Shown here: positions 28,834 to 40,000 of the stretch, one piece after another
Layout of the letters: every line of letters starts with the position of its first letter
Position numbering within the stretch: the first letter of the stretch is position 1
Source: a virus
DNA: 64,000 nucleotides
Strand: one strand, 5' to 3'
Virus record (IMG/VR): IMGVR_UViG_3300009169_000020
Span: 7,017-71,016 of that record
Made by a program: the position numbers and the translations under genes
Notes under the pieces: generated by a model
What the model was told of the DNA's origin: nothing
Databases searched by the model: none
Seen by the model: only the letters and a program-made list of their open reading frames with translations

Positions 28834-29006
28834 ATGAGTCAAATTAAAGAATTAAAGGAATTAGAAAAACTTGAAAAATCAATAAAGAAAAAAGAAAATG
28901 AAGCCTTAGATGCAAAAAATAAAGGTCTTATAACTGCTTATGGAAATATTCTTTTAGAAATAAATCTACTCAAAAATAAAATTAAAAAATTTCAAATGGG
29001 TGGAAA

Positions 29007-29459
29007 ATGAAACTCATAGAAACCGAACCAGAATTCTCATTCAATCCGATTCACGACTACACTACGGATGAATTTTTAATGTCGGCAGGTCGGCAGTTGC
29101 AGGCAGACCTTGGGCTAAGTCGCTTTGGAAGGAATGTTACTATACAGAAAGTAATTGGAATTGGATTGCCGATTTATCTAATTACTTTCAACAGTAAATA
29201 TCCTAATGTAAATTTAAGTGCTGTTAGAGTAAAAAATATAAAATCTACTTGGTTTGGAAAAGTAAAAAGAAAAGCAGTACATACACATTTAAAACCTATG
29301 AAATTAACCCCTCCTTTACAACTTAGTACAGCTATGATGAGACCTGTAAGTGGTAGTCTGCTATTATTACGTGATATAGCTGGCGAAATTCTTAGAAATC
29401 CAAAAGTATTTGAATGTGTAGAAGTTAATAATAAACTTGCATTCAAGGAGTCGAAATGA
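29007..29459 (+). CDS. Hypothetical protein
   Basis: ORF overlapping its neighbours by ATGA. Confidence 0.55.
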   Translation: MKLIETEPEFSFNPIHDYTTDEFLMSAGRQLQADLGLSRFGRNVTIQKVIGIGLPIYLITFNSKYPNVNLSAVRVKNIKSTWFGKVKRKAVHTHLKPMKLTPPLQLSTAMMRPVSGSLLLLRDIAGEILRNPKVFECVEVNNKLAFKESK

Positions 29460-29688
29460 GTTACATATGTAAATGTGGTGAAAATTTAATTTTCAAAAGT
29501 GGCTATGTAATTGCTTCCATGAAAGTTGAATCATATGAATGTTATAAATGTAAGAGAATCTTTGAAAAAGTTGAAAGTTATAAACTTAAAGAAATTAAAA
29601 ATACTAATAAATAAATGTTGCATCTAATACCTAAAGGGGTTAGAAATATAATTTACAGTGACCTTTAATGGCACTAAAGAGGTACAAA

Positions 29689-30222
29689 ATGTCTAAACAC
29701 AATTATTCTCAAAATTCAGTAAGTCTCTCCAGTATTTTCAATGATGTAGTAGATTCAATCTATACTATCACATCACCTTCATCTACTTCAGGAACATCGG
29801 TATGTGATTTTACTTATTACAGTTTCCCAAAAGTAAAAGATAATTTTTGGCAACTTGTAGAAGAATTTACTTATCCTACCATTTACACACCAACTTACCC
29901 TGTAAGTAATTATTATGTAGATGAAGATATGAATTCAATAATAGAAATTGCTGTCTCAGGATTTTCTGAAGAAGAAATTTCTGTAAAAAGAGATGATCTT
30001 AAACTAATTGTAGAAGGGAAACAAAACAAAGATAAAGAATGCAAGAGAAAATATTTCTATAGAAATATTGCTGAAAGAGATTTCTCGGTATCTTATCAAG
30101 GCAGCACTAAATGGGATTTTGATAAACTAGAAGCTAAAATAAGCAGGGGTATATTGTCAATTTTTATACCAATGAAAGAAGAATGTAAACCTATAAAACA
30201 AGAATTCAAAATTAACAAATAA
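29689..30222 (+). CDS. Small heat-shock protein (Hsp20/alpha-crystallin)
   Basis: YPVSN...IEIAVSGFSEEEI...RNIAERDF...A.I.RGIL.I.IP; GAGG RBS before ATG 29689. Confidence 0.85.
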   Translation: MSKHNYSQNSVSLSSIFNDVVDSIYTITSPSSTSGTSVCDFTYYSFPKVKDNFWQLVEEFTYPTIYTPTYPVSNYYVDEDMNSIIEIAVSGFSEEEISVKRDDLKLIVEGKQNKDKECKRKYFYRNIAERDFSVSYQGSTKWDFDKLEAKISRGILSIFIPMKEECKPIKQEFKINK

Positions 30223-30255
30223 TATCTCATCTACCATGTGTAAAATGAGTTCTTA

Positions 30256-30284
30256 AATCCCTAGAAAAAAATCTAGGGATTTTT
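30256..30284 (+). terminator. Rho-independent terminator
   Basis: AAATCCCTAGA-AAAAAA-TCTAGGGATTT plus T-run. Confidence 0.8.
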
Positions 30285-30319
30285 GTTTACTAATAATTAA
30301 AATTATTTGAGGTAATTAT

Positions 30320-30541
30320 ATGACAAAACGATATAAATCATTTTTTAAAGAGGATGAAAAAGAAACAATACAATCTCAAATAAAAGATTTTCAAGATCAA
30401 ATAACAAAACTAAGAGATAAATCATCTAATACAGAAAATATGTCATTAGAAGATAAACAAAAAATAAAAAATCAAATCAATAGTATAGAAAATAAAATAG
30501 TTAAAAAGAAACTTCAACTAGACGCTATAAAAGGTCAATAA
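30320..30541 (+). CDS. Putative internal head protein (leader MTKRYKSFFKE), coiled coil
   Basis: Leader; TACTAATA at 30288. Confidence 0.6.
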   Translation: MTKRYKSFFKEDEKETIQSQIKDFQDQITKLRDKSSNTENMSLEDKQKIKNQINSIENKIVKKKLQLDAIKGQ

Positions 30542-30543
30542 TT

Positions 30544-30717
30544 ATGCCATCATCAAGCAGACAGCAGCAGAAATTTATTTTTGCTAAAAGAGGGCAATAT
30601 AATACCAAAGCGGATACCCCTGAAAAATTCAAATGGGTATGGGATAAAGATTGGGAAACTGTAGAAGAAAAAGTTATATCTGAGAGATATAAGCCATTTA
30701 ATTTTTCAGAGGAATAA
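30544..30717 (+). CDS. 57-aa protein with the leader-like motif at its C-terminus (ERYKPFNFSEE)
   Basis: MPSSSRQQQKFIFAKR...; fills the gap exactly; not in the ORF track. Confidence 0.6.
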   Translation: MPSSSRQQQKFIFAKRGQYNTKADTPEKFKWVWDKDWETVEEKVISERYKPFNFSEE

Positions 30718-30926
30718 TGTATATAACCAGTGAAACTCAGAAAATTATACAAAAATATATTAAATGTAAAAAGTATAAAATTCATTTAGGAAGACTTGAA
30801 ATGTCATTACAAGATCTTACTATGGTTATACTCATTTTACAAGACAGATATCATGCAACTAAAAATGAAGAACTTAAACATGCTATAAATGAACTTAGTG
30901 AGTGTAGATATAATGCAACGATATGA
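30717..30926 (+). CDS. Hypothetical protein
   Basis: TAATG overlap. Confidence 0.5.
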   Translation: MYITSETQKIIQKYIKCKKYKIHLGRLEMSLQDLTMVILILQDRYHATKNEELKHAINELSECRYNATI

Positions 30927-31170
30927 ACCATTCTTTGAAGATAATAAAATAATAAAAAATAAAAAAGATATTGTTGATTTTATTAAAGATCAGTTAAATG
31001 TAGAATTAGTTAATAATCCTACCGATAGATTAAATCAAAAAAGAAATATTCTATATACATATATTCCGGATTCAAGTAGAAATACTTACAGGGTATTATC
31101 TTTATTAAAACAGAAAGGGCTACGAGTTGAGAAACATATAGATGATTATTATTGGATATGGGTTAAATAA
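30913..31170 (+). CDS. Putative internal head protein (leader MQRYEPFFED)
   Basis: The leader defines the start at 30913. Confidence 0.6.
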   Translation: MQRYEPFFEDNKIIKNKKDIVDFIKDQLNVELVNNPTDRLNQKRNILYTYIPDSSRNTYRVLSLLKQKGLRVEKHIDDYYWIWVK

Positions 31171-32373
31171 ATGGAAAGATATAAACCATTCTTTGAAGAT
31201 ATAGATATTGATAAAATAAAGAGCATAATAAAAGATTTATCAGTATCTCAAATAGTTAATTATGATTGGGATAAAATAGCCTTTGGATTTAGTCAAGATG
31301 ATATTATATCTATACCTTTAAAAAATATTAAAATAAAGTATAAAGGTGATATGGATAATGTTACTGGATTTAGTATGAAGGATTATTTTAAAAATAAACC
31401 TTTTAGTAAACTACCCCCAATTGAAGTATCATATAATAAAGGTAAATTTTATATAGAAGATGGACATCATAGATACGGTTATGCTAAAGAATTAAAATTA
31501 AAAAATATAGATGTAAAAATAGAAGACATAAAAGATAATCCCATACTAGCACTAGGATTTAAAAGTATAGATGATATCATCAAACTTAAAAAACAAATGA
31601 ATGAAGATATAGTAATACCACTAGAAAAAGGAATGCCTTTTAAATATGGAAAATTTAAAAATAAACAAGCTATATATGATCATTCGTATGTTAATGAAAA
31701 AGGGGATTTGATATTAGTAACAGATACCGGTAAAGAAATTAGTGGTACAAAATTTAGACTTATACAAGAATCTAAGTTTAGTGAAAATCTTAGATTTACT
31801 GATTTAATGAAGAAGGCTTCTATGTCAGATTTTACTAAAGGATTTGCAAAAGAAACAAATAAACTTATGGGTGCTCCTACTACACATACAAAATTAAAAA
31901 GTATGAAAGTAAATAAAAAACAAGACTATATAATTTTTGTATGGAAAACAAAAAGAACACCTAAATATGATAAAGGAACTCCAATGAAAGTAGTTGATCC
32001 TAAAGCAGATTTTTCTTTAAAATCTGCTAGAGTGTACACTATTGAAATTAAAATTTTAGATTTTTTTAAATTACTACACACTAAACCGAACGGTGACTTT
32101 ACAAATAAAGATATAGAAGATGTCTTTAATGTTTGTGATATTCAAATATGGTCTAATGTACCCGCATTTCATTGGATGGGGATGAATTATAATATGGGTA
32201 TGTTCGATGCTTCTTTATACCCTACAGACATAGAACCTAAACATTGGAATGACTACCATAATTCAGACCAATTTCTTGACAAGCATACTGCTGGAGTTGT
32301 AAATTCAATAAAGTTCTATATACCTCAAATGAGGCAAATGATTAAGAAATATATGGGTTTAACTAAAAAATGA
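31171..32373 (+). CDS. Putative internal head protein with ParB/Srx-like domain (leader MERYKPFFED)
   Basis: LPPIEV...IEDGHHRY; internal linkers ending in xxE. Confidence 0.65.
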   Translation: MERYKPFFEDIDIDKIKSIIKDLSVSQIVNYDWDKIAFGFSQDDIISIPLKNIKIKYKGDMDNVTGFSMKDYFKNKPFSKLPPIEVSYNKGKFYIEDGHHRYGYAKELKLKNIDVKIEDIKDNPILALGFKSIDDIIKLKKQMNEDIVIPLEKGMPFKYGKFKNKQAIYDHSYVNEKGDLILVTDTGKEISGTKFRLIQESKFSENLRFTDLMKKASMSDFTKGFAKETNKLMGAPTTHTKLKSMKVNKKQDYIIFVWKTKRTPKYDKGTPMKVVDPKADFSLKSARVYTIEIKILDFFKLLHTKPNGDFTNKDIEDVFNVCDIQIWSNVPAFHWMGMNYNMGMFDASLYPTDIEPKHWNDYHNSDQFLDKHTAGVVNSIKFYIPQMRQMIKKYMGLTKK

Positions 32374-32575
32374 AAGAACAATTAAACAAAGAATATGAGA
32401 AGTTAAAACATATTACTAAAGATTATGCTATTCATATAGATCAACTAGAAGAATATCATGAGACTATTGCAAGAATAAAAGAATTAAATAGAAAAATTGA
32501 TTTTGATCAAAATTAACTTTTATATTAAAAAATACTAATATATAATTATTAAGTATAAAGAGGACTATATAAAAA

Positions 32576-32956
32576 ATGAAAAATAAAAAATTTACTGTAT
32601 CAACTACAAATCTTGATACTCATGCAATACAAATAATAGATACATATTTAGATCTACAAAGTTCTACATCAGGCACAGTAGAAACTAGAAGAAATTATCC
32701 TAATAAAGTTCAATTTATAAATAAAACAGGTCAAGATATTCTTGCTAATATATTTAGTTCACAAGGAGAATATGATGATTATGTTTTAGATTCAACTAAT
32801 TATGATATGTTTACTATTCTAAATAATACAGCAGTATCATTAACTACACAAAGTCTTTTACCTACAGCATATAAAATAGCAGTTGTATCACCTTCAGGAA
32901 CTTGTTCCGTTGCTCTTACTATAGATTGTATTGGTTATCAGCCAAAAGGATTTTAA
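32576..32956 (+). CDS. Putative virion protein (paralog of 33534-33914)
   Basis: Both 126 aa with KxF...RxxYP..QxIN...SSxxEYxxYVxD...YK...YxP. Confidence 0.55.
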   Translation: MKNKKFTVSTTNLDTHAIQIIDTYLDLQSSTSGTVETRRNYPNKVQFINKTGQDILANIFSSQGEYDDYVLDSTNYDMFTILNNTAVSLTTQSLLPTAYKIAVVSPSGTCSVALTIDCIGYQPKGF

Positions 32957-32961
32957 TTGAA

Positions 32962-33537
32962 ATGGATGAATTATTTAAAGTAATACCTATTTATGAAGAT
33001 GAATTTAAAAACTTATATTCTAAAATTGATAATATAGGCATAGATGTAAAAACAAAAACTATATCTCAAGTAGATGATATTTGTCTTGAAAAATTTATTC
33101 CTATAGAAGTATCTTTAAAAGATCTTTCATTTAGAATAGATTTTCTAAATGAATTCTTTTTAAATAATTATAGAGATATGAATGATGATTATGGAAAAAG
33201 ATTACAAGAAATGTCAACCTTTCTTCAACTTGATATAATAGATCTTTCTACAGCATTAGAAGATATTAAATGTAATATAATTGCTATAGAATATAGAATA
33301 TTAGAACAAATTAAAGAAGTAACTCAACAACAAAAAATACTAGAAACTAGTAATTTTATGACTGTATGTGATTTAGATTCTAATGTAAATTTAGAAAAAA
33401 TATTCAATAAAATTACAGAATTAGAAAATGAAATAATAGAACTAAAAAAACCAAAAATAGAAGTTAATGAAAATTTAGAAATTAAAGAAATTAAAGAAAC
33501 TAAAAAAGGATTCTTTAGAAGGTTATTTCATAAATGA
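32962..33537 (+). CDS. Coiled-coil protein ending KKGFFRRLF
   Basis: Start MDELF; amphipathic C-terminal motif. Confidence 0.55.
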   Translation: MDELFKVIPIYEDEFKNLYSKIDNIGIDVKTKTISQVDDICLEKFIPIEVSLKDLSFRIDFLNEFFLNNYRDMNDDYGKRLQEMSTFLQLDIIDLSTALEDIKCNIIAIEYRILEQIKEVTQQQKILETSNFMTVCDLDSNVNLEKIFNKITELENEIIELKKPKIEVNENLEIKEIKETKKGFFRRLFHK

Positions 33538-33914
33538 TAAATAAAAGGTTTATTATAACATCTGCTCAAATAAATGCTATGACAGCAGTTGTATTAGATG
33601 TTGAATTAACTAAAACTATTACTTCTCCTATAGGAAATACTGATGTAAGATATTTATATCCTATAGAAATTCAAATAATAAATGATTGTGCAGCAGGGGT
33701 AGAATGGCAACTTGTTTCTTCAGCAGAAGAATATGCAGAATATGTAGCAGATCCCTCTTTATTTACTTTTGTAAGACTTCCAAATAATAATGTATTACAA
33801 GATAATTTTACATCTTTAGGTAGATGTTATAAATTTATTGTAAAAGGATACGAAGCTACATCAACATCAGATTTAATTGTAGAATTTATTTCTTATCGTC
33901 CCAGTTTAAGATAA
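33534..33914 (+). CDS. Putative virion protein (paralog of 32576-32956)
   Basis: Shared motifs as above. Confidence 0.55.
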   Translation: MINKRFIITSAQINAMTAVVLDVELTKTITSPIGNTDVRYLYPIEIQIINDCAAGVEWQLVSSAEEYAEYVADPSLFTFVRLPNNNVLQDNFTSLGRCYKFIVKGYEATSTSDLIVEFISYRPSLR

Positions 33915-33992
33915 GACTTCACCGAGGTCTATATCTATATATTGCACCGAAAGTGCAGGTTAAATGAAATACCCGACAAGGTTATTCACTAC

Positions 33993-34024
33993 AAAACTAC
34001 CAAGTAAAATCTGGTAGTTTTTTA
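33993..34024 (+). terminator. Rho-independent terminator
   Basis: AAAACTACCA...TGGTAGTTTT plus T-run. Confidence 0.75.
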
Positions 34025-34083
34025 TTTTCCAGCATTTTGATTACTAATAATATAATAAACTTTTAATTAAGAGGAAATCATAA

Positions 34084-34395
34084 ATGAAAAGATACAAATC
34101 TCAAATACAGAAAGAAGAAATTATAGTTAAAACAAAAGAAAAAATAAATGAAGCTTCATTTACAGTTAATAATATTGGTTCAGCTCAAAATAATCTAATA
34201 GGTATAATTGAACTTATATCTAAAATTAAACCACAACCATATTTAAGTGGAAATATTATAGGAGAATCTTTGATTACAGGATTAGATTCTATGTTTGAAA
34301 ATATAGAGGATGAAAATCTAAAGAATAAGAAAAAACAAATAGTTGTTAAAACCATATTACGTTCACTTCTCTCATATAGAAAATCTTTAGTATAA
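34084..34395 (+). CDS. Putative internal head protein (leader MKRYKSQIQKEE)
   Basis: Leader; TACTAATA at 34042. Confidence 0.55.
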   Translation: MKRYKSQIQKEEIIVKTKEKINEASFTVNNIGSAQNNLIGIIELISKIKPQPYLSGNIIGESLITGLDSMFENIEDENLKNKKKQIVVKTILRSLLSYRKSLV

Positions 34396-34408
34396 TATAA
34401 GGAATTAA

Positions 34409-36064
34409 ATGAGTACTAAAATATCATCATTATCTAGTGGGGGTATTCCAGAAGCCCCTATTGATGGATTTACTTATGGTAGAAAGAATGCTACATGGGT
34501 ATCTTTTTCAGGTGTATCAGGAGTTAATGGTGGTGCATTTATAACGGATATAATTCCTACAAGTACTGGAAATGTTGGAACTAAAGTATATGATAGCGAT
34601 GGAATAGTACTTCAATCTTGTGTAAGTGATACTCAATTAGTTACTGTTTCAACATTAGGAATTACAGGAAATACTCATTATAAACCAATTATGTCATTAC
34701 GATGGGGAACACATAGTCAAGTAGTTACTCTTACAGCTCAAGCAGATAAACCTCTATTTATAGGATCAACTGCAATAAACTTAGCAGGAGAAACTAACCT
34801 ATCAATAGAACATGAAGATGGAGCAATTACTTCTTGTACTATAGCATTAGATTCCCCTCCTGTTATATCTTCTGCAAACTTTACTGGTGGATATCCTGGA
34901 ACTCAAACAGAATTAAAATTAGCAGATACTTTCTCTTTAAATATAGTATCTGATATACCAATTATAGCTGTACAACTTGATGATTATGGTGCTTATTCTG
35001 CTCAATCATTTTCAGTAGTATCTGGAACTAATCATACTGTTATAGGTGTAATAGCAAATAGAGGTACAACGGTTCAAAGTTTAGGTGCTAAAGTAAGAGT
35101 ACAAAAATCAACTGGCTCATGGTCTACCTATTATTTAACTGAAGATGATGGTAGTGTAGATGGTACAAATTTAGTTAAATTAAATAATCTATATCCTACT
35201 GTTTCTACAGGAACTAAAACATATCCAGCATCTCAAGGAGCTTTAAAAGACAGTGAAACAGCTACAATAGTAAATACAGTTACAAATTATGATACAGTCT
35301 TATATGATTCTCCTAATGGAGATTTAACAATAACAAATGCTACGACTGTTGAAACACCAAAAACAGTTACAAGACTTTCAGGTAATTATAATATATCCAC
35401 AAATAATTTTAGAATAACCGCTACAAGAACTGCTAATAATGCAATATCTACAACACAAACAGTTATCTATATAGCTCATGTAGCTTGTACTCTTACAGTA
35501 ACAGAACCTGCTTCAAGATTAAGAAGTGGTGGAAATGATAGTACTTCTGCACAAAATCATGTTATAACTATTACAGCAAATCAAAACTTATATTCAGCTC
35601 CAACTTTAGTTGCTGGAGCAGAGGGTGTATTTCAAGGAGCAGGATTTGCAGGTTCTGGAACAACTTGGACAAGATCATTACAAGTTACCGATACAATGGT
35701 CAAACAAGTTTGTAGTTGGGGGAGTATTTCTGGAACTAATTTAGCTGGAATACAAACTGTAGTTATTACAGGTGACTCTACTTATACAATAGGTGGTTTT
35801 GTTTCAAGAACTATAACACTCCCTGCATATACGAATACTATTGTTTTTAATACAGAAGTTATTGATTATGCTAAACTAACTTTTACTTGGTCAGTTAAAG
35901 CATTACCTAATAAGAGAGTAGTTGGAACAAGTACTGTACCGGATGCAAATTCTTGGAGTATTGATGCACTTTCAATAAATCCAACAACTGCTATTATTTT
36001 GGATACAGCAGCAACCAATTCTAGTAGTGTTCCCACAACAGTTATAATAGAGGAGTTAGTATAA
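34409..36064 (+). CDS. Virion structural protein (Thr/Ser/Gly-rich, beta-rich)
   Basis: N-terminal PEAPIDGFTYGRKNATW fibre/fibritin-type motif; composition. Confidence 0.65.
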   Translation: MSTKISSLSSGGIPEAPIDGFTYGRKNATWVSFSGVSGVNGGAFITDIIPTSTGNVGTKVYDSDGIVLQSCVSDTQLVTVSTLGITGNTHYKPIMSLRWGTHSQVVTLTAQADKPLFIGSTAINLAGETNLSIEHEDGAITSCTIALDSPPVISSANFTGGYPGTQTELKLADTFSLNIVSDIPIIAVQLDDYGAYSAQSFSVVSGTNHTVIGVIANRGTTVQSLGAKVRVQKSTGSWSTYYLTEDDGSVDGTNLVKLNNLYPTVSTGTKTYPASQGALKDSETATIVNTVTNYDTVLYDSPNGDLTITNATTVETPKTVTRLSGNYNISTNNFRITATRTANNAISTTQTVIYIAHVACTLTVTEPASRLRSGGNDSTSAQNHVITITANQNLYSAPTLVAGAEGVFQGAGFAGSGTTWTRSLQVTDTMVKQVCSWGSISGTNLAGIQTVVITGDSTYTIGGFVSRTITLPAYTNTIVFNTEVIDYAKLTFTWSVKALPNKRVVGTSTVPDANSWSIDALSINPTTAIILDTAATNSSSVPTTVIIEELV

Positions 36065-36751
36065 ATGAAAAAGAAGATTTGTGGAATATATAAAATAGAA
36101 AACATTATAAATGGTAAAATTTATATTGGTCAAAGTACAAATATTCCTACAAGATGGGCCAGACACAAAAAGGAAGCTTCAAATATACATTTAAAAAATT
36201 CCATAGAAAAACATGGAATTGAAAATTTTAATTTTACAATATTAGAGGAATGTCCATACGAAAGATTAGATGAGAGAGAAATTTTTTATATTTCTAAATA
36301 TGATTCTTATAATAAAGGATACAATAAAACAACTGGTGGAGGACAATTTAGAAATAGAAAATACATTGCTCCTTGGAATAAGGGGTTAACTAAAGAGACA
36401 GATGAAAGAGTGGCTTTATTCTATGAAAAGAGAAAGAAAACTATACCTTGGAGCAAAGGATTAACTAAAGAAACCGATGAAAGATTGAAAACTAGTGGGT
36501 TAAATACGTCTAAATTAAGGAAAGGTATTAGCACTGGTCCGAGAAAAGGAAGATCAGTTATAAATTTAACAACAGGTAAAATATTTAAATCAATATCAGA
36601 AGCTAGTAGATATTATGATATAGGGATTAGTGATATTTTTGCAGTGTGTGCAAAAAAACAAAATAGAAAGATTGCTGGAGGATATAGTTGGTCTTATTAT
36701 TCTGATAAGAACTCAAATGTATTTAAAGAGGTAACCAATGTCTCTAAATAA
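36065..36751 (+). CDS. GIY-YIG homing endonuclease with NUMOD repeats
   Basis: GIYKI...IYIGQS...R...E...GYN; PWNKGLTKETDER-type repeat twice; IFKSISEAS. Confidence 0.88.
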   Translation: MKKKICGIYKIENIINGKIYIGQSTNIPTRWARHKKEASNIHLKNSIEKHGIENFNFTILEECPYERLDEREIFYISKYDSYNKGYNKTTGGGQFRNRKYIAPWNKGLTKETDERVALFYEKRKKTIPWSKGLTKETDERLKTSGLNTSKLRKGISTGPRKGRSVINLTTGKIFKSISEASRYYDIGISDIFAVCAKKQNRKIAGGYSWSYYSDKNSNVFKEVTNVSK

Positions 36752-37070
36752 TGATCAATTATATTTTGAAATTCAACGGAGAGGATTTCAATGGTCCAAA
36801 AACTCTACATTGGATGATACAATTTCTTCAATGCTTTTTGATGCAGATCCTAATACAGCAGTACCATCACACTCAGATGGGGAAGATAAACTAATTAGTA
36901 TGTTAATCGGAAGTACATTTATGCAAAGTGCTGGTGTATTATGGCTTAAAACTATTATGCCAAATACTTGGATAAGTATAAGTGGTGGAAGTAGTTTAAC
37001 TCAACTAGATGGTGGAGCAGCAGCAAGTATATATTTAATCTCACAAGTTTTAGATGGAGGAGGAGCATAA
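36738..37070 (+). CDS. Small virion protein
   Basis: LDGG repeats; immediately before the fibre gene. Confidence 0.5.
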   Translation: MSLNNDQLYFEIQRRGFQWSKNSTLDDTISSMLFDADPNTAVPSHSDGEDKLISMLIGSTFMQSAGVLWLKTIMPNTWISISGGSSLTQLDGGAAASIYLISQVLDGGGA

Positions 37071-37071
37071 T

Positions 37072-40000
37072 ATGGCAGTTCAGTTTCAAATAAGAAGAGA
37101 CACTTCTGTTAACTGGGGATTAACTAATCCTACCTTAGCACAAGGGGAAATGGGATATGAAACAAATACATATAAAATGAAAATAGGAAATGGAACTAGT
37201 GATTGGAATACATTAGTTTATTTTCCTACAGCAGCTCTAACATTAGACGCTATAACAGATCCAGCAGTTAATGCAGCTGTAACCACTTTAAAAATAGATG
37301 CTTATTCAGGTACAGTAATAACATTAACTACTACAGGAAATTCACAAACATTACAAAATCCAACTTCTTCTTTATCAGGTAAATCTTTTTTAGTTATAAA
37401 TAATGATACTTCTTCTAATAGTATTACAGTCAATACAATAGTAATTGCTCCAGGTAGTGCTATAAATTTTGTATGGGATGGAAATGTTTGGATTGGTATA
37501 GGAGGTGGAACATTAGATCACGCAACACTTAATAACTTATCTTATGCAACTTCTGGTCATACTGGATTTCAAGCTTCATTAGGTTACACTCCTGAAGATA
37601 TAGTAAATAAAAGTATAAATATTATTACTGATGCATCTTCAGATATAAAATACCCTAGTGTGAAAGCAGTTAAAACTTATGCTGATAGCTTGGTTGGGGG
37701 ATTGCTAGATTATAGGGGTGCTTATGATGCTTCTAGTAATTTATATCCTTCAGCAGGAGGTTCTGGAGCATCAGGAACTATTTTAGTTGGGGATACTTGG
37801 GCTATATCTGTACAAGGAATTCTTGGAAGTGGTGTAGTTCATGTAGGTGATTATATAATATCTAAAGTAGATACTCCTGGACAAACCGCTTCTAATTGGG
37901 ATTCATTAAATACAAATATTTCATATGTACCAGAAGATTCAGCAAATAAAGTAACTTCTATTTCAGGGGCTTCAACTGATATACAATATCCTTCAGCAAA
38001 ACTATTATATGATCAAATAAATTTAAAACAAAATACTTTAACTTTTGGAATAGAAGATACGAATGCTGTAAAAATTACAGTGTCAGGAGTTGCTGATCAT
38101 GATTATGCTAAATTCACTGCTACAGGATTAGAGGGGAGATCTTATTCAGAGGTACTTTCTGATATAGGTGCTCAAGTCAATTTAGGATATACTCCTGAGA
38201 ATATAGCTAATCTTAGAACCACTTTTCAAGTAGTACCAGATGATACACATTATATTTCAGAAAAATTAGCAAAAGATTCATTAGATAATAAAGAAAATTC
38301 ATTAGGTAATCCAGATGTAACAGGTAAAATATTATCTTCTACTACAGGAGGAGTTAGATCTTGGATTCTCCCTAGTGGTGGTGTAACTGTTCATAGTGCT
38401 TTAACTGGACTTGATTATGCTTCAGCAGGTCATACTGGATTTGAACCAACTATAGGATATACTCCAGAAAATATAATAAATAAAATAACATCCTTTCAAA
38501 TAACTCCTGATGATACACATTATATAAGTGAAAAACTAGCATATGATCAATTAGCATTAAAAGAAAATTCAGGTGTTGCTACAAGTTATATGGCAACTCA
38601 TAATAGTACTTATACTCATTCAGATATAGCACTTAATACTGCTTCAAGACATGATGCAGTAACTTTAGGAACAGCTAATGGATTAAGTCTTTTAACTCAA
38701 CAATTATCTTTAGGTCTATCTGCTTCAGGAGTTCCTGGTGCATTATCTGGAGATGATTGGAATACTTTTAATAATAAACAAGAAAAGATATGGTCTAAAA
38801 CTGGAACAGAGATATCTCCTTATATATCAGGAGATACTTTAAAAATAAATTCTATAAGTGAAGAAACTCTTGGTGATGGGGTTTATGTAGAAAATGTTTT
38901 TATACATCAAGGGGAAATACAATTAGATTTTGATAAAAGAATTGTATTAGGTACACAAAATACTGTATTACCTTATGCATGGTATCATTTAAATGAGGGA
39001 ACAGGTACTATTGCATATAATATATCTGGTGGAGGAAGAAATCTAAATCTTGTAAATTCTCCAGTATGGGATACTTTAACTCCAAAATTAGGAACAAGTG
39101 CTATTTTAATAAACGCTTCTCCAATAGGTGAGAGATTAGAAAATTCTAATAATACCGAATTCGGTTTTAATTTTGATACACCTTTTTCAGTAGAATGTTG
39201 GATAAAACCAACTGTATTAGTAGCAGCACAAAAAGTTGTATTTTCTAAGGCTACTGCATTAACTGCTGGTTATTATGTATCAATAATACCCTCTGCAACA
39301 GGTAATATTGATTTTATGATGAGAGATCCTGTAACATTACGATACATTCGAAAAACAATTGGAAGTTTAAATTGGACTTCTTTAATTGATGTATATTCTC
39401 ATATTGCAGTAACATATGATGGTAGTAGAAATCTTGCTGGTATGAATATATATCTTAATAATGTACTTCAAACTCCAACTGTTTCCACAAATACATTAAC
39501 TGGAGGAGAAACTTTAATTACTGCTACACCATTTCAAATATCAGGTTTAAATGGATCAAGTACTGCAATGACTACTGTAGAGGTAGACGAATTTGTAGTA
39601 TATGATACAGAAATATCTGTGGCTGATATAAATAATAGATATAATGGTGGTGCAGGTTCTGAGACATTTGGAAATACTGGAGATATAGCTTTAATAAGAA
39701 ATAATGACTTATCTAAAAAAGTTGAACTTCAATTTGGATCTGGACCAGCAACTCAAAAATTTTCTAAAGATGGAACAAATGAATCTCTACAAGTTGTATT
39801 AAGTAATATAGCAACATCAGGAACACATGCTATAAGAAAAAATGAATATGACATTGATCTATTCCTTAAAGCTGATAAATCAAATGTACTTGAATTAAAT
39901 AATACAACCGCTTTTACTCCAGATGCAGATTATGAACCAGCTACAAAAAAATATGTTGATGATTCAGTAGGAGCTGAGAATTTATGGGATAGAGTGTCTA

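Noticed and set aside
29668-29688. MALKRYK as another leader on Hsp20
   Set aside because: These codons coincide with the GAGGT RBS for ATG 29689 and lack the F.E ending.
29600-29688. CIRCE operator upstream of Hsp20
   Set aside because: No TTAGCACTC-N9-GAGTGCTAA match.
33944-33962. tracrRNA-like terminal hairpin TGCACCGAAAGTGCA
   Set aside because: Only a short resemblance; no anti-repeat, array or cas gene.
36040-36760. 5'-stub duplication around the GIY-YIG gene at 36065
   Set aside because: The upstream gene ends directly at the endonuclease start, and no stub resembling MSLNNDQL is present.
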